Assembly: GCA_050011435.1 (NCBI GenBank)
Contig: JBEKJC010000001.1
Span: forward strand, 85,556-149,555
DNA length: 64,000 bases
Origin: Candidatus Binataceae bacterium
Lineage (GTDB): Bacteria; Desulfobacterota; Binatia; Binatales; Binataceae
Reading direction: 5' to 3'
The position numbers were made by a program, and so were the translations under genes. Positions 51,481 to 60,604 of the stretch are shown one piece after another. The notes beneath the pieces were generated by a model, which had not been told where the DNA came from, searched no databases, and saw only the letters and a program-made list of their open reading frames with translations. Positions within the stretch are counted from its first letter, which is position 1. Every line of letters starts with the position of its first letter.

Positions 51481-53091
51481 TTAGCGCAGACGATAGGTCT
51501 TCATTTTTTCCTGCAGGGCCGGGCGCGAGATTCCGAGTGCCTGTGCCGCCCGCGATACGTTCAACCCATGGCGCCGCAGGACGTCGGCAATATATTTTGC
51601 TTCGAACTCGGCGCGCGCCTCGCGCAATGGTCGTGGTGAACTCACCGCCGCCCCGGCCTCGGCCGTGGCGGGCGCCAAACGCGTCACTGCTGCCGTTCGC
51701 GTCATCCCGGGGCGCTCGGGTGCGCCCCGCAGATTTGCCGACAGATGACTGGGCCCGATGGTGTCGCCGTCTTGGGCCAGGGCCACGGCCCGCTCGATTT
51801 CATTGCGCAACTGGCGGACGTTTCCCGGCCAGTCGAACTTCGCCAGCAGGTCAATCGCGGCCGGTTCGATTCCAGCAATACGTTTGCGATGACGCTCGGC
51901 GGCGCCCGCGATAAAGCGGCTTGCCATCAATTCGATATCGTCGCGCCGATCGCGCAGCGGGGGTATGCGAATCGGAAAAGCCGAGAGCCGATAGTACAAG
52001 TCTTCGCGAAAGGTGCCTTTCTCGACCTCCTGCTTCAAGTCGCGATTGGTCGCCGAGAGAATGCGCACGTCGACCTTGACCGGGAAAGTGTCACCCACCG
52101 GGATGACCTCTTCCTGTTCGAGCACGCGCAGCAACTTGGCCTGCATCCGCGCCGGCATCTCGGCGACCTCGTCGAGGAAGACCACGCCGCCCGCGGCCGC
52201 CCGGAAGACGCCCGGACTGTCGCGGACCGCGCCGGTAAACGAACCGCGGCGATGTCCGAACAGTTCGCTCTCGAGCAGGGCCTCAGGCAAGGCCGCGCAA
52301 TTCACTGCGACGAACGGCCCCTCGCTGCGGGCACTGACGCGATGAATTCCGCGCGCCACCAATTCCTTGCCGGTTCCGGTCTCGCCTTCGATCAAGACGG
52401 TAATGAAGGACGCCGAGGCGCTCTCCATCAGACGGAAGACATCCTCCATTTCGAGTCCGCTGCCGACGATTTCGGTGAAGCGGTTATTGAGGGCAAGGTC
52501 GCGGCGCAACACGCCGACCTGAGTGAGGAGGGTGGCCTCGGAATTGCGCAACTGTTCGTAGAGGCGCGCATTTTCGATCGCGATGGTGACGCTGCCGGAG
52601 ACCGCCTCGATCAGCGCGAGATCGTCGGCGTCGAAGGCGGTGCCACCGCGCCGGTTGAGCACTTCGAGCACGCCGATGACGCCGTGGCCGGAGGTCAGCG
52701 GGACCGCGATGATATTGCGGGTGATGGCGCCGGTTGCGGCGTCGACGTTGCGGTAAAGGCGCGGATCGCGTTGCGCGTCGGCGACGATAATTGCTTTGCC
52801 GCTTTTCAGCGCCGCGCCCGCGATTCCGCTTTCAGCGGGCACCCGCAGTTGCGCCAGGACGCCCGCGACCGCGGCGTTCTCGTCGGACACGTAAGGGAAA
52901 TAGAATTCGTTGCGATCGCGATCGAGCAGCAGGATCGAGGCGCCTTCGGCGTTGAGGGCCTCGCGGCACTTCGCGATTACGAAGGGCACCAGCTCCGCGA
53001 GGTCGGTTTTCGCGACGAAGGCGCAACCGAGCTCATAGAGCAGTTTGAAACGTTCGCCATCGGTCGAATCCGTCATCTTCGCGGTCAACAT
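51481..53091 (-). CDS. Sigma-54-dependent transcriptional activator with N-terminal GAF domain
   Basis: GAF region; AAA+ sigma-54 interaction domain (GETGTGKE, GAFTGA-like ESELFGH, RRGSFTGA); C-terminal Fis-type HTH. Confidence 0.85.
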   Translation of the reverse strand: MLTAKMTDSTDGERFKLLYELGCAFVAKTDLAELVPFVIAKCREALNAEGASILLLDRDRNEFYFPYVSDENAAVAGVLAQLRVPAESGIAGAALKSGKAIIVADAQRDPRLYRNVDAATGAITRNIIAVPLTSGHGVIGVLEVLNRRGGTAFDADDLALIEAVSGSVTIAIENARLYEQLRNSEATLLTQVGVLRRDLALNNRFTEIVGSGLEMEDVFRLMESASASFITVLIEGETGTGKELVARGIHRVSARSEGPFVAVNCAALPEALLESELFGHRRGSFTGAVRDSPGVFRAAAGGVVFLDEVAEMPARMQAKLLRVLEQEEVIPVGDTFPVKVDVRILSATNRDLKQEVEKGTFREDLYYRLSAFPIRIPPLRDRRDDIELMASRFIAGAAERHRKRIAGIEPAAIDLLAKFDWPGNVRQLRNEIERAVALAQDGDTIGPSHLSANLRGAPERPGMTRTAAVTRLAPATAEAGAAVSSPRPLREARAEFEAKYIADVLRRHGLNVSRAAQALGISRPALQEKMKTYRLR

Positions 53092-53465
53092 CTATTGCAC
53101 GTCTGCGATGCCGCAATCGTGTTCAGGCCGGTCCCGATAGTCATCTGGCGTTGAGTGACGCCGTTAGCACTATCACGGGATCGTTTGGGCCGGATACACC
53201 AATTACTGCGGGCCGGAATCACCACCGAGCGCATTGGACCATGCGATTTCGCAGCATGCAACCGAAGAAGCGCGCCGCGTCAGTATGGACTGGATAAGGC
53301 GATAATAGGGCGAGGATGCGCTTGGTGATTCTGCGCACCAACTGTCGCGAATAATTCGAACGGGCGGTCGGAGACACTGATTCGCCGCCGGCCAGAAATG
53401 ACCGAATGGCCTACCTGAGGCGGAATGCACCCTGAGCGCAGCGCACGGTTGCCGAGGCGAGACTG

Positions 53466-53717
53466 CTAGCTCGAGCGCCGATGCCGCCGCCGGGCGCTGA
53501 CCGACTCCTGCTCTTCCTCGGAGCGCCAGCGGTCGATCATATCGATGCTGAAACGCCATTCCGAACCCACACGAAAGCCCGGTAGCTGCTTGGCACGCAG
53601 CAGGCGGTATACGGTGGTCGGATGTACGCGCAGGTACTCCGAGAGCTCGCGAACCGTCAAAACCTTTGGCGGCGTGGGGGCTACGCCAGATTTCTTCTTC
53701 GAACGTTTGTCTTCCAC
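53466..53717 (-). CDS. Excisionase-family helix-turn-helix DNA-binding protein (paralog)
   Basis: KVLTVRELSEYLRVHPTTVYRLLRAKQLPGFRVGSEWRF; highly similar to the protein at 30027..30233. Confidence 0.65.
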   Translation of the reverse strand: MEDKRSKKKSGVAPTPPKVLTVRELSEYLRVHPTTVYRLLRAKQLPGFRVGSEWRFSIDMIDRWRSEEEQESVSARRRHRRSS

Positions 53718-53996
53718 GAGCTCACTTTAGACCATTTTGGTTGCTAAATACCAGCCCCACGATACTCGTGCTACGCATAGCCGCCAAAAAATCGTTGCAT
53801 GGAGGCTCGGCCGAATCGCCGGTTTTCACCCGGCGCTCCGGCGTTGCAATTTCGTGCTATGCAATCCGCGCCGCCGTTCTTCGCTACGTATCGTTACATT
53901 TTATGACAAAGAGACGAAGCTCATGCGAACGTGAGTAGGCGCTTGCAGGTGTTCGAGGATTTTCTTGAGCGATCCGAGGTTCGGCCGGGAGTCTAA

Positions 53997-54073
53997 TGGT
54001 TGCGGGGAGAGGATTTGAACCTCTGACCTCCGGGTTATGAGCCCGGCGAGCTACCAGACTGCTCCACCCCGCC
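53997..54073 (-). tRNA. tRNA-Met, initiator-type (fMet), CAT anticodon
   Basis: Reverse complement reads GGCGGGGTGGAGCAGTCTGGTAGCTCGCCGGGCTCATAACCCGGAGGTCAGAGGTTCAAATCCTCTCCCCGCAACCA. It forms a cloverleaf, has a 1:72 mismatch, three consecutive G-C pairs in the anticodon stem (GGG/CCC), and an encoded CCA. Confidence 0.85.
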
Positions 54074-54282
54074 CGCGAATACTAACGGCCACATGGCGGG
54101 CGGGTCAATACGATACCGCAAATGGGATGCTGCACGCTGCCAATGGGATCGACCAAGATCAACTCGCAGAGCGATTTTTGGTCGCCAAGATCTTCATCGA
54201 GGTCTGCGCCAGGGTCTTGGCGACAATCTTAACGACCGCGACGGCCTCTCGAAGACGGCGTGCGAATTCGCCGAGCAGGCGG

Positions 54283-54462
54283 CTAGTCGGCGAGGACGCG
54301 GAGGTTGCAATCGCGATGGAGCTTGCCGAACTCGATCACTTCGAGCTCGATCGGGGTCGGATTCGGTTTGGGCTCGCTCAACATAAGATGGCGCGCGGTG
54401 GCGGGGTCCATGCCGTCGGCCTCGACGGAGAGATTATGGGAGTCGCAGAGAATAAAGGCCAT
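54283..54462 (-). CDS. Possible small ORF (59 aa) in an otherwise empty 480-bp gap
   Basis: Own translation: MAFILCDSHNLSVEADGMDPATARHLMLSEPKPNPTPIELEVIEFGKLHRDCNLRVLAD. No recognised family. Confidence 0.25.
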   Translation of the reverse strand: MAFILCDSHNLSVEADGMDPATARHLMLSEPKPNPTPIELEVIEFGKLHRDCNLRVLAD

Positions 54463-54602
54463 TGATGAAACTCCTTGAAGCCCCTCAAGCTACACGAAGC
54501 ACCGACGCCTGTCAGCCTCGGTGGGCCTCGATGCATTAACCGGCGCGCAAGCTTTTGTGCTACTCCAAATTTCAAATCTTCAAACAGGAGCGCGTATTTG
54601 CC

Positions 54603-55763
54603 ATGAGCCTTAAGAATCAGGCTGCGGCGATCGGAATCGCCGAACTCAAGCCTTGGAAGGAACCGCCGCCCGACTTAACGCCGTTGAGCCTGATGGCGCG
54701 CCTGACCGCCGAGGCGATCGCCGATGCCGGCCTCGCCAAGAGCGACATCGACGGCTTCCTGGTCGGGATGCCGACGGCGGACCCCGGCTTTATCTATCCG
54801 GCCAGCGCCGCCGAGGTCCTCGGGATTAATCCGCGGATGCTCAATGTGGTCGATATCGGCGGGGCGAGTCCGGCCGGGATGATCTGGCGCGCCGCCGCGG
54901 CGATCCAGGCGGGCATGTGTTCGGCCGTGCTCTGCATCGTTGCGGATCTGAATCGCGTCGGCGATCAGAGAGTGCCGGTAATTTCAGTGCAGCGCGAGTT
55001 CGAAGCGCCCTACGGGAACATCGGGGCCAACTGCGGCTATGCGATGATCGCGAATCGCCACATGTACGAATACGGCACGACTCCTCAGCAGATGGCGAAG
55101 GTGGCGGTCGATCAGCGCAAGAACGCGCTCAAGAATCCGCTCGCCGCGTTCGGGGACAAGCCGCTGACGATCGACGACGTGCTCAATTCGCGGATGATCG
55201 TCGACCCGCTGCACCTGTTCGAGATCGTAAGTCCGTGCAGCGGCGGATCGGCGGTTATAATCGCGTCGCCCGAAGTCGCCAAACGGGCGAAGAATCCTCC
55301 AGTGTGGCTGCTTGGCGCGGGCGAATACTCCAATCATTCGTCGATCACCTACGCGCCGTCGCTGACCGAGTCGCCGATCAAGCCCGCCGCCGACACCGCG
55401 TTCAAGATGGCCGGGGTCGAGCGCAAGAACATCGATCTGGTCTGCCCTTACGATTGCTACACGATCACGGTGCTGGTCACGCTGGAGGACGCGGGCTTTT
55501 GCAAGAAAGGGCAGGGCGGACCCTTCGCCGCCGAGCACGACCTCTCATACGCGGGCGATTTTCCCTGCAATACGCACGGCGGCCAGCTTTCGTTCGGGCA
55601 GCCCGGCCTGGGCGGCGGTATGAGCCACGTGGTCGAGGGCATCCGCCAGTTGATGGGCCGCGGCGAAGGCCGTCAGGTGAAGGACGCCGCGCTGGCCTAC
55701 GTCAACGGCAACGGCGGCATCATGAGCGAACAAGTCAGTCTGATCCTGGAGCGCCGGTCATGA
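54603..55763 (+). CDS. SCP2-type thiolase family protein
   Basis: Thiolase-like N- and C-terminal halves with a catalytic Cys region; followed by a DUF35 partner. Confidence 0.75.
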   Translation: MSLKNQAAAIGIAELKPWKEPPPDLTPLSLMARLTAEAIADAGLAKSDIDGFLVGMPTADPGFIYPASAAEVLGINPRMLNVVDIGGASPAGMIWRAAAAIQAGMCSAVLCIVADLNRVGDQRVPVISVQREFEAPYGNIGANCGYAMIANRHMYEYGTTPQQMAKVAVDQRKNALKNPLAAFGDKPLTIDDVLNSRMIVDPLHLFEIVSPCSGGSAVIIASPEVAKRAKNPPVWLLGAGEYSNHSSITYAPSLTESPIKPAADTAFKMAGVERKNIDLVCPYDCYTITVLVTLEDAGFCKKGQGGPFAAEHDLSYAGDFPCNTHGGQLSFGQPGLGGGMSHVVEGIRQLMGRGEGRQVKDAALAYVNGNGGIMSEQVSLILERRS

Positions 55764-56161
55764 GCGATTACATCAAGCCACTACCGAAGCCGTCGCCGAC
55801 CAGCCGTCCCTATTGGGAGGCGGCGCGGCGCCATGAATTGCAGCTTCAGCATTGCGGCGCCTGCAACAAGTACATCTACTATCCGCGTCCGCGATGTCCC
55901 AACTGCATGTCCGACAATCTGAAGTGGGAGCGCGTGAGCGGGCGCGGCAAGCTCTACAGCTATACCATCGTGCGCCGCGCCTCGACGCGTTCGTTTGCCG
56001 ACGGGCCATACGTGCTGGCGATCGTCGAGCTCGACGAGGGGCCGCGCCTGACGACGAATCTGATCGCGCCGCAGGATCAGTTGAAGATCGGAATGCCGGT
56101 GGCCGTATATTTCGACGACGTCACGCCGGAACATACGCTGGTGAAATTCAAGCCGGCCTGA
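55760..56161 (+). CDS. Zn-ribbon/OB-fold protein (DUF35), thiolase partner
   Basis: CGAC...CPNC zinc ribbon followed by an OB-fold; its start overlaps the thiolase stop. Confidence 0.7.
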   Translation: MSDYIKPLPKPSPTSRPYWEAARRHELQLQHCGACNKYIYYPRPRCPNCMSDNLKWERVSGRGKLYSYTIVRRASTRSFADGPYVLAIVELDEGPRLTTNLIAPQDQLKIGMPVAVYFDDVTPEHTLVKFKPA

Positions 56162-56220
56162 TAGGTGAGGGGCCGCACCCTTGCCGTGCGGCTCCTCCTA
56201 TAACTACCGCCCAGGCCGGA

Positions 56221-56514
56221 TCAGCCAATCGGCAGCTTGGTCAGAATCGTCAGAACCTCGTCCTCGACGATATCGTGGATGCGCGGGCCCCATTTCTGGA
56301 AGTCGGGATCAGTTAGCAGCGCGGTGACCGCGTTGGCGTCCGGCACTTCCCACCAATCGACGACCGTGTTGAGACGGCCGACGAGGCCCCCGTAACTGCC
56401 GAGCAGCTTCCAGCCGTGCTTCTTGTTGATGAACGGAGCGATCTCGTTGATCAGCGAAATGAAATCCGGAAGCTTACCTGGGTGCAGTTTGATCGACGCC
56501 TGCAAATACATCAT
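56221..56514 (-). CDS. NIPSNAP-like small alpha/beta-barrel protein
   Basis: 97 aa; composition and length only; weak assignment. Confidence 0.4.
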   Translation of the reverse strand: MMYLQASIKLHPGKLPDFISLINEIAPFINKKHGWKLLGSYGGLVGRLNTVVDWWEVPDANAVTALLTDPDFQKWGPRIHDIVEDEVLTILTKLPIG

Positions 56515-56589
56515 GAGCGTGGTCTCCTTTTATACGGCTCGACTAACGCCGCGGGAACGCAAAGTCAAGGAGCCGACCTTTAGCCGCGA

Positions 56590-57288
56590 TTATGCGAGCA
56601 GGACCGCGACGATGCCGGTGAGGAAGACGCCGTCGAAGGTGCCCGCGCCGCCGATCGATGCGACCGGCGCGCCGAGACTGCCGAGCTTGTCGAGATTCAT
56701 GAGGTCGGCGCCAATCAGCGTGCCGAGTACGCCGCTGACATACGCGACTGCGTCCACGTGCGTTCCGCCGCCCAGCAGCCCGGTGAGCCCAACGGCGACC
56801 AGCGCGGCGACCACTGGCGGGATGAACATCGGCGTTGCGATGCCCAGTCCGGGCACTGGCCGCGCGCAGCGATTCACCACCAGCGCGACGATTGCCACGC
56901 CGATCGCCGCCGGCAGAATCGCGGCGGGCTGTTTCAGCAGTGCGTATAACGAAATCAACACCGGCACCAGCGCACCGCCGACATTGATCGCGAGCGTGGT
57001 GGTCGCGCCCGCATAGCGCATCGGCAGCCGATAGCGCATACCGAAGCTGTCGACGATCTCCTGCGGATACGGCCGCCCGCTCGCGATCTTCGTCAATGGG
57101 ATATTTATGTAGCTGCCGATCAGGCTCGCGAACAGCGCCAGAAACGCCATCTCCGGCGGCAGCCCGACCATGAGGAAGGCGTGTTTGATCACGCCGATTT
57201 CGAGCAGCACGAACAGGAACGCGAGAATCAGGAAGAAGATTATCGCGTAGAGGATTAGAAAGGGGGCGAAAAACATCGCATGTCTCAT
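56590..57288 (-). CDS. Polytopic membrane protein (DUF1614-like)
   Basis: About 6 transmembrane helices; start at an internal Met. Confidence 0.45.
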   Translation of the reverse strand: MRHAMFFAPFLILYAIIFFLILAFLFVLLEIGVIKHAFLMVGLPPEMAFLALFASLIGSYINIPLTKIASGRPYPQEIVDSFGMRYRLPMRYAGATTTLAINVGGALVPVLISLYALLKQPAAILPAAIGVAIVALVVNRCARPVPGLGIATPMFIPPVVAALVAVGLTGLLGGGTHVDAVAYVSGVLGTLIGADLMNLDKLGSLGAPVASIGGAGTFDGVFLTGIVAVLLA

Positions 57289-57350
57289 AGCACGGGCAGG
57301 GCACACGCCACGAGCCGGCGAATTTCGCAGGCGGTCGGTTACGCGGTCGG

Positions 57351-57387
57351 AAAAAAAAGACGAGAGGGGGCGGCGGTCCCTCTCGTC
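57351..57387 (-). terminator. Intrinsic terminator on the minus strand
   Basis: GACGAGAGGG-GGCGGCGGT-CCCTCTCGTC: a 10-bp GC-rich stem, which on the minus strand is followed by T8. Confidence 0.55.
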
Positions 57388-57506
57388 GCTATGCCAACGA
57401 CAGTCGCAACGAGGCTGTGCTAATCAGCCTTTGCCGCGGCCGTGATGATCGTGCGCTATTGTTCCGGCTGTACGAGCAAGTAAGATTGCGCCGGGACCAA
57501 AGAAAC

Positions 57507-58070
57507 ATGAATGCCACCGACCGTATCGAATTGCTCCGGCTGCTCGCCCGCGAATCATATTTCGAGCGCGAACTGACTCTGGCCTCGGGCCGCGCCTCGA
57601 ATTTTTACATCGACTGCAAACGCACGCTCTATCTGCCGCGCGGCGCTCATCTGGCGGGCGCACTGATGCTCGAACTGGTGATGGCCGAGGGCATCGGGCA
57701 GATCGGCGGGATGGCGGCGGGCGCGTTGCCGGTTACCGACGCGATCGTCAACGCGGCCTTCGACCGCGGCTACGACGTGACTGGCTTCTTTGTGCGCAAG
57801 GAGACCAAGGCGCACGGTCTGCAGCAGCAGATCGAGGGCGTGTTCAAGAAAGAGCGCACGACGGCCGTGATCGACGACACGATTACGACCGGCGGCTCGA
57901 GTCTGCAAGCGGTTACGGCGATGCGTGCGGCCGGCGCGACGGTGCGCGTCGCGTTCGCGCTGGTCGAGCGCGGCGAAGGCGCCGCCGACGCATTCGCCCG
58001 CGAAGGCTTGAAGTACGTCTATCTCTACACGGCCGAGGAAATCCGCGCGGCGCGCGCGACCGGCCGATGA
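57507..58070 (+). CDS. pyrE: Orotate phosphoribosyltransferase
   Basis: PRPP-binding motif VIDDTITTGGS; the start is at the internal ATG (MNATDRIELL). Confidence 0.85.
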   Translation: MNATDRIELLRLLARESYFERELTLASGRASNFYIDCKRTLYLPRGAHLAGALMLELVMAEGIGQIGGMAAGALPVTDAIVNAAFDRGYDVTGFFVRKETKAHGLQQQIEGVFKKERTTAVIDDTITTGGSSLQAVTAMRAAGATVRVAFALVERGEGAADAFAREGLKYVYLYTAEEIRAARATGR

Positions 58071-58975
58071 CCGCGATGGACTCCGCTCACGTCCTAAGCG
58101 GACGCTCGCTGCTGACCGCGATCTTCGGCGATCCGGTCGCGCATTCGCTTTCGCCCGCGATGCATAACGCGGCCTATGCCGCGCTCGCGATGGAGCATGC
58201 GTACGCGGCCTTCCATGTGACGCCGGAGCGCCTGCGCGAGGCGATTCGCGCGATCCCCGCGCTCGGCATCCTCGGCGTCAATCTGACCGTGCCGCACAAG
58301 GAGCGGGCCTTGCGGATGATGGCGTATCTGAGCGACGAGGCGCTCCTGCTGCGGGCGGTCAATTGCGTAATCAACCGCAATGGGGAACTGCACGGCGACA
58401 ACACCGACGCGCGCGGCCTCGAGGCCGACCTGCGCGACCATCAGGTGACGATCGAAGGCGGTCTCGCGATCGTAATCGGTGCGGGCGGCGCGGCTTCGTC
58501 CGCAGTGCTCGCGATGTTGCGGCTGGGAGCGGCGCGCATCGTGATTTGCAATCGCACGATCGCGCGCGCGAATCGGCTGGCCCGCGGCTTCGCGCGCTAC
58601 CTGGGTGCGCGGGGCGGCGGACGTCCGCGCCAGACGATCGAGGCGCGCGGGCTGGATACGCTGGTCAACGCGGCTGCGATGAGCGCGGCGGCGATCGTAA
58701 TCAACGCGACGCCGATGGGGCTCAAGACCGGTGGCTTCGCGCCGCTCAGCTATGCCGCCACGCCGACCGCTTGCGTCTTTTACGACGTGATTTACGCGCA
58801 CGAGGCGACGCCATTTATCGCCCCGGCAATTGCGGTCGGACGGCGCGCGATCGACGGCGCCGGGATGCTGCTGAATCAGGGGGAACTCGCGTTCGAACTC
58901 TTCAACGGGGTTGCGCCGCCGGCGGGTGTGATGCGCACCGCGCTGATGTCGGCGCTCGGCCGCCGGGAGGGATAA
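58067..58975 (+). CDS. aroE: Shikimate dehydrogenase
   Basis: GDPVAHSLSPAMHN and NTD motifs; GAGGA NADP-binding site. Confidence 0.8.
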   Translation: MTAMDSAHVLSGRSLLTAIFGDPVAHSLSPAMHNAAYAALAMEHAYAAFHVTPERLREAIRAIPALGILGVNLTVPHKERALRMMAYLSDEALLLRAVNCVINRNGELHGDNTDARGLEADLRDHQVTIEGGLAIVIGAGGAASSAVLAMLRLGAARIVICNRTIARANRLARGFARYLGARGGGRPRQTIEARGLDTLVNAAAMSAAAIVINATPMGLKTGGFAPLSYAATPTACVFYDVIYAHEATPFIAPAIAVGRRAIDGAGMLLNQGELAFELFNGVAPPAGVMRTALMSALGRREG

Positions 58976-58984
58976 TGTGGAGAG

Positions 58985-59108
58985 TTGTTGAGGAACGCAA
59001 ACCTTGCGCGAGCGCGTTTCCGCCTGACTTGGCCACCGACCGAGCATCGCGAGCGTCAATCATGATGGTTTCAAACTTCCCATCTGTTAAAGATGCGGGC
59101 TTCGCCCT
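58985..59108 (+). repeat. Repeat (A, partial C, CAATCATGATGG module, B)
   Basis: GTTGAGGAACGCAAACC...CGAGCATCGCGAGCGTCAATCATGATGGTTTCAAACTTCCCATCTGTTAAAGATGCGGGCTTCGCCCTG. Confidence 0.8.
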
Positions 59109-59223
59109 GTGGAAAATCGAGTGATGGAGCAGCTACATCGTCTTCGTAAGAAGACGCCCGCTTGCGCGCTCGCGCAAGGTCTCCTGGACGCGATCCGCAA
59201 GACCCACTTAATTAGTTCACTGT

Positions 59224-59279
59224 GGGAAGTTTGAAACCTTTCAAAGGTTTCAAGAAACTAAGATTTTGCACTCCTCAAC
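59224..59279 (-). repeat. Repeat (variant hairpin GAAACCTTTCAAAGGTTTC, reversed module A)
   Basis: GGGAAGTTTGAAACCTTTCAAAGGTTTCAAGAAACTAAGATTTTGCACTCCTCAAC. Confidence 0.7.
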
Positions 59280-59315
59280 AACTGGATAACGCGCGGAGGG
59301 CCTTGAGGCTGCGGT

Positions 59316-60446
59316 TTAACCGAACATCTCTTTGAGCTTGTCGACGAAACCTTTCGACATCGGATGGTGGGTGTCTTCGCCCGAGACCTTTGCGAATTCC
59401 TCGAGCAGTTCGCGCTGGCGCGCGGTCAGGCGCCGCGGCGTTTCCACCACCACGCGGACCAACTGGTCGCCGCGTCCGTAGCCGTGCAGATCGACGAAGC
59501 CCTTGCCCTTGAGCCGGATAACTTTGCCCGACTGGGTTCCAGGCGGAACCTTCAACTTGATCTTGCCTTCGAGCGTCGGGACCTCGATTTCAGCGCCCAG
59601 CGTGGCTTGCGGGAAACTGACGGGAACCTCGATCACGACGTCGTTATCCTGACGGACGAAGAGCGCGTGTTCCTTGACGTGGACGACGACATAAAGGTCG
59701 CCGCTGGGGCCGCCGCCGAAGCCGGCCTCGCCTTCGTTGCGCAGTTTGAGGCGCGAGCCGTTATCGACGCCCGGCGGAATTCGCACCGAGAGCGAGACCG
59801 CCTTGCGTACGCGGCCCTGGCCCTGGCACTTGGGGCACGGGTCGGCGATGATCATGCCCTCCCCGCGGCATTGCCCGCAGGTGGTCGAAATCGAGAAGAA
59901 GCCCTGCTGCGATCGCACCTGTCCGGTGCCACGGCAATTGGGGCAGGTGCGCGCCCCTTCGCCACCGCCGCGGGCCCGGCTGCCGTTGCACGATTCGCAC
60001 AGCGTCAGGCGCTGGAACTTGACGATTTTCTCGGTCCCGCTCGCGGCCTCCTCGAATTCAACTTCGAGGTCGTAGCGCAGGTCGTCGCCGCGCCGGCTGC
60101 GCGAGCGCGAACGGCCGCGGCCGGTGCCGAAGAAATCGCCGAAGATGTCGGAGAAGACTTCCTCGAAGCCCTGGGTGAAATCGAAGCCGCCAAAGCCACC
60201 GGCGCCCGCGCCTTGAAACGCCGCGTGCCCGAACCGGTCGTACTGAGCGCGCTTTTCCGGGTCCGAGAGGACCTGGTAGGCCTCAGCGAGCTCTTTGAAT
60301 TTTTCCTCGGCTTGTTTGTCGCCAGGATTACGGTCGGGATGAAACTGGATGGCGAAACGGCGGTACGCCTTTTTGAGGTCGTCTTCGTTGGCGCCGCGCG
60401 CGACGCCGAGAACTTCGTAATAGTCGCGCTTTTTATCGGAGGGCAT
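59316..60446 (-). CDS. dnaJ: Chaperone DnaJ
   Basis: J domain with HPD, G/F-rich region, and four CxxCxGxG repeats. Confidence 0.9.
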   Translation of the reverse strand: MPSDKKRDYYEVLGVARGANEDDLKKAYRRFAIQFHPDRNPGDKQAEEKFKELAEAYQVLSDPEKRAQYDRFGHAAFQGAGAGGFGGFDFTQGFEEVFSDIFGDFFGTGRGRSRSRSRRGDDLRYDLEVEFEEAASGTEKIVKFQRLTLCESCNGSRARGGGEGARTCPNCRGTGQVRSQQGFFSISTTCGQCRGEGMIIADPCPKCQGQGRVRKAVSLSVRIPPGVDNGSRLKLRNEGEAGFGGGPSGDLYVVVHVKEHALFVRQDNDVVIEVPVSFPQATLGAEIEVPTLEGKIKLKVPPGTQSGKVIRLKGKGFVDLHGYGRGDQLVRVVVETPRRLTARQRELLEEFAKVSGEDTHHPMSKGFVDKLKEMFG

Positions 60447-60523
60447 CGCGGAGCAATCTTAATCCACTTCCACTGGAGAAGTAAGGGTCAGACAAAATAA
60501 GCCTCATGGGCTGAAAATCACAC

Positions 60524-60558
60524 GCGACGCCCTCATCCCACGAGGGTAAGGGCGTCGC
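60524..60558 (-). promoter_or_regulatory. Stem-loop in the dnaK-dnaJ spacer (possible partial terminator or attenuator)
   Basis: GCGACGCCCT-loop-AGGGCGTCGC, an 11-bp stem followed on the minus strand by GUGUGAUUUUC. Confidence 0.4.
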
Positions 60559-60604
60559 GGCGAATTATTGATAGCGGCTGGACTTCAGGGCCAAGCGCCG
60601 CGGC

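Noticed and set aside
51481-53091. The GAF sigma-54 activator as the MmoR regulator of the sMMO-like operon
   Set aside because: It lies about 48 kb from the monooxygenase genes with many unrelated operons between them. No sigma-54 promoter was found at the sMMO-like operon.
53466-54073. Integrative element or prophage at tRNA-fMet
   Set aside because: No integrase, phage structural genes, att-site duplicate or compositional shift were seen. It is kept only as a low-interest observation.
59364-60500. 378-aa plus-strand ORF antisense to dnaJ
   Set aside because: dnaJ on the minus strand has the J domain and CxxCxGxG repeats; the antisense ORF is an artefact.
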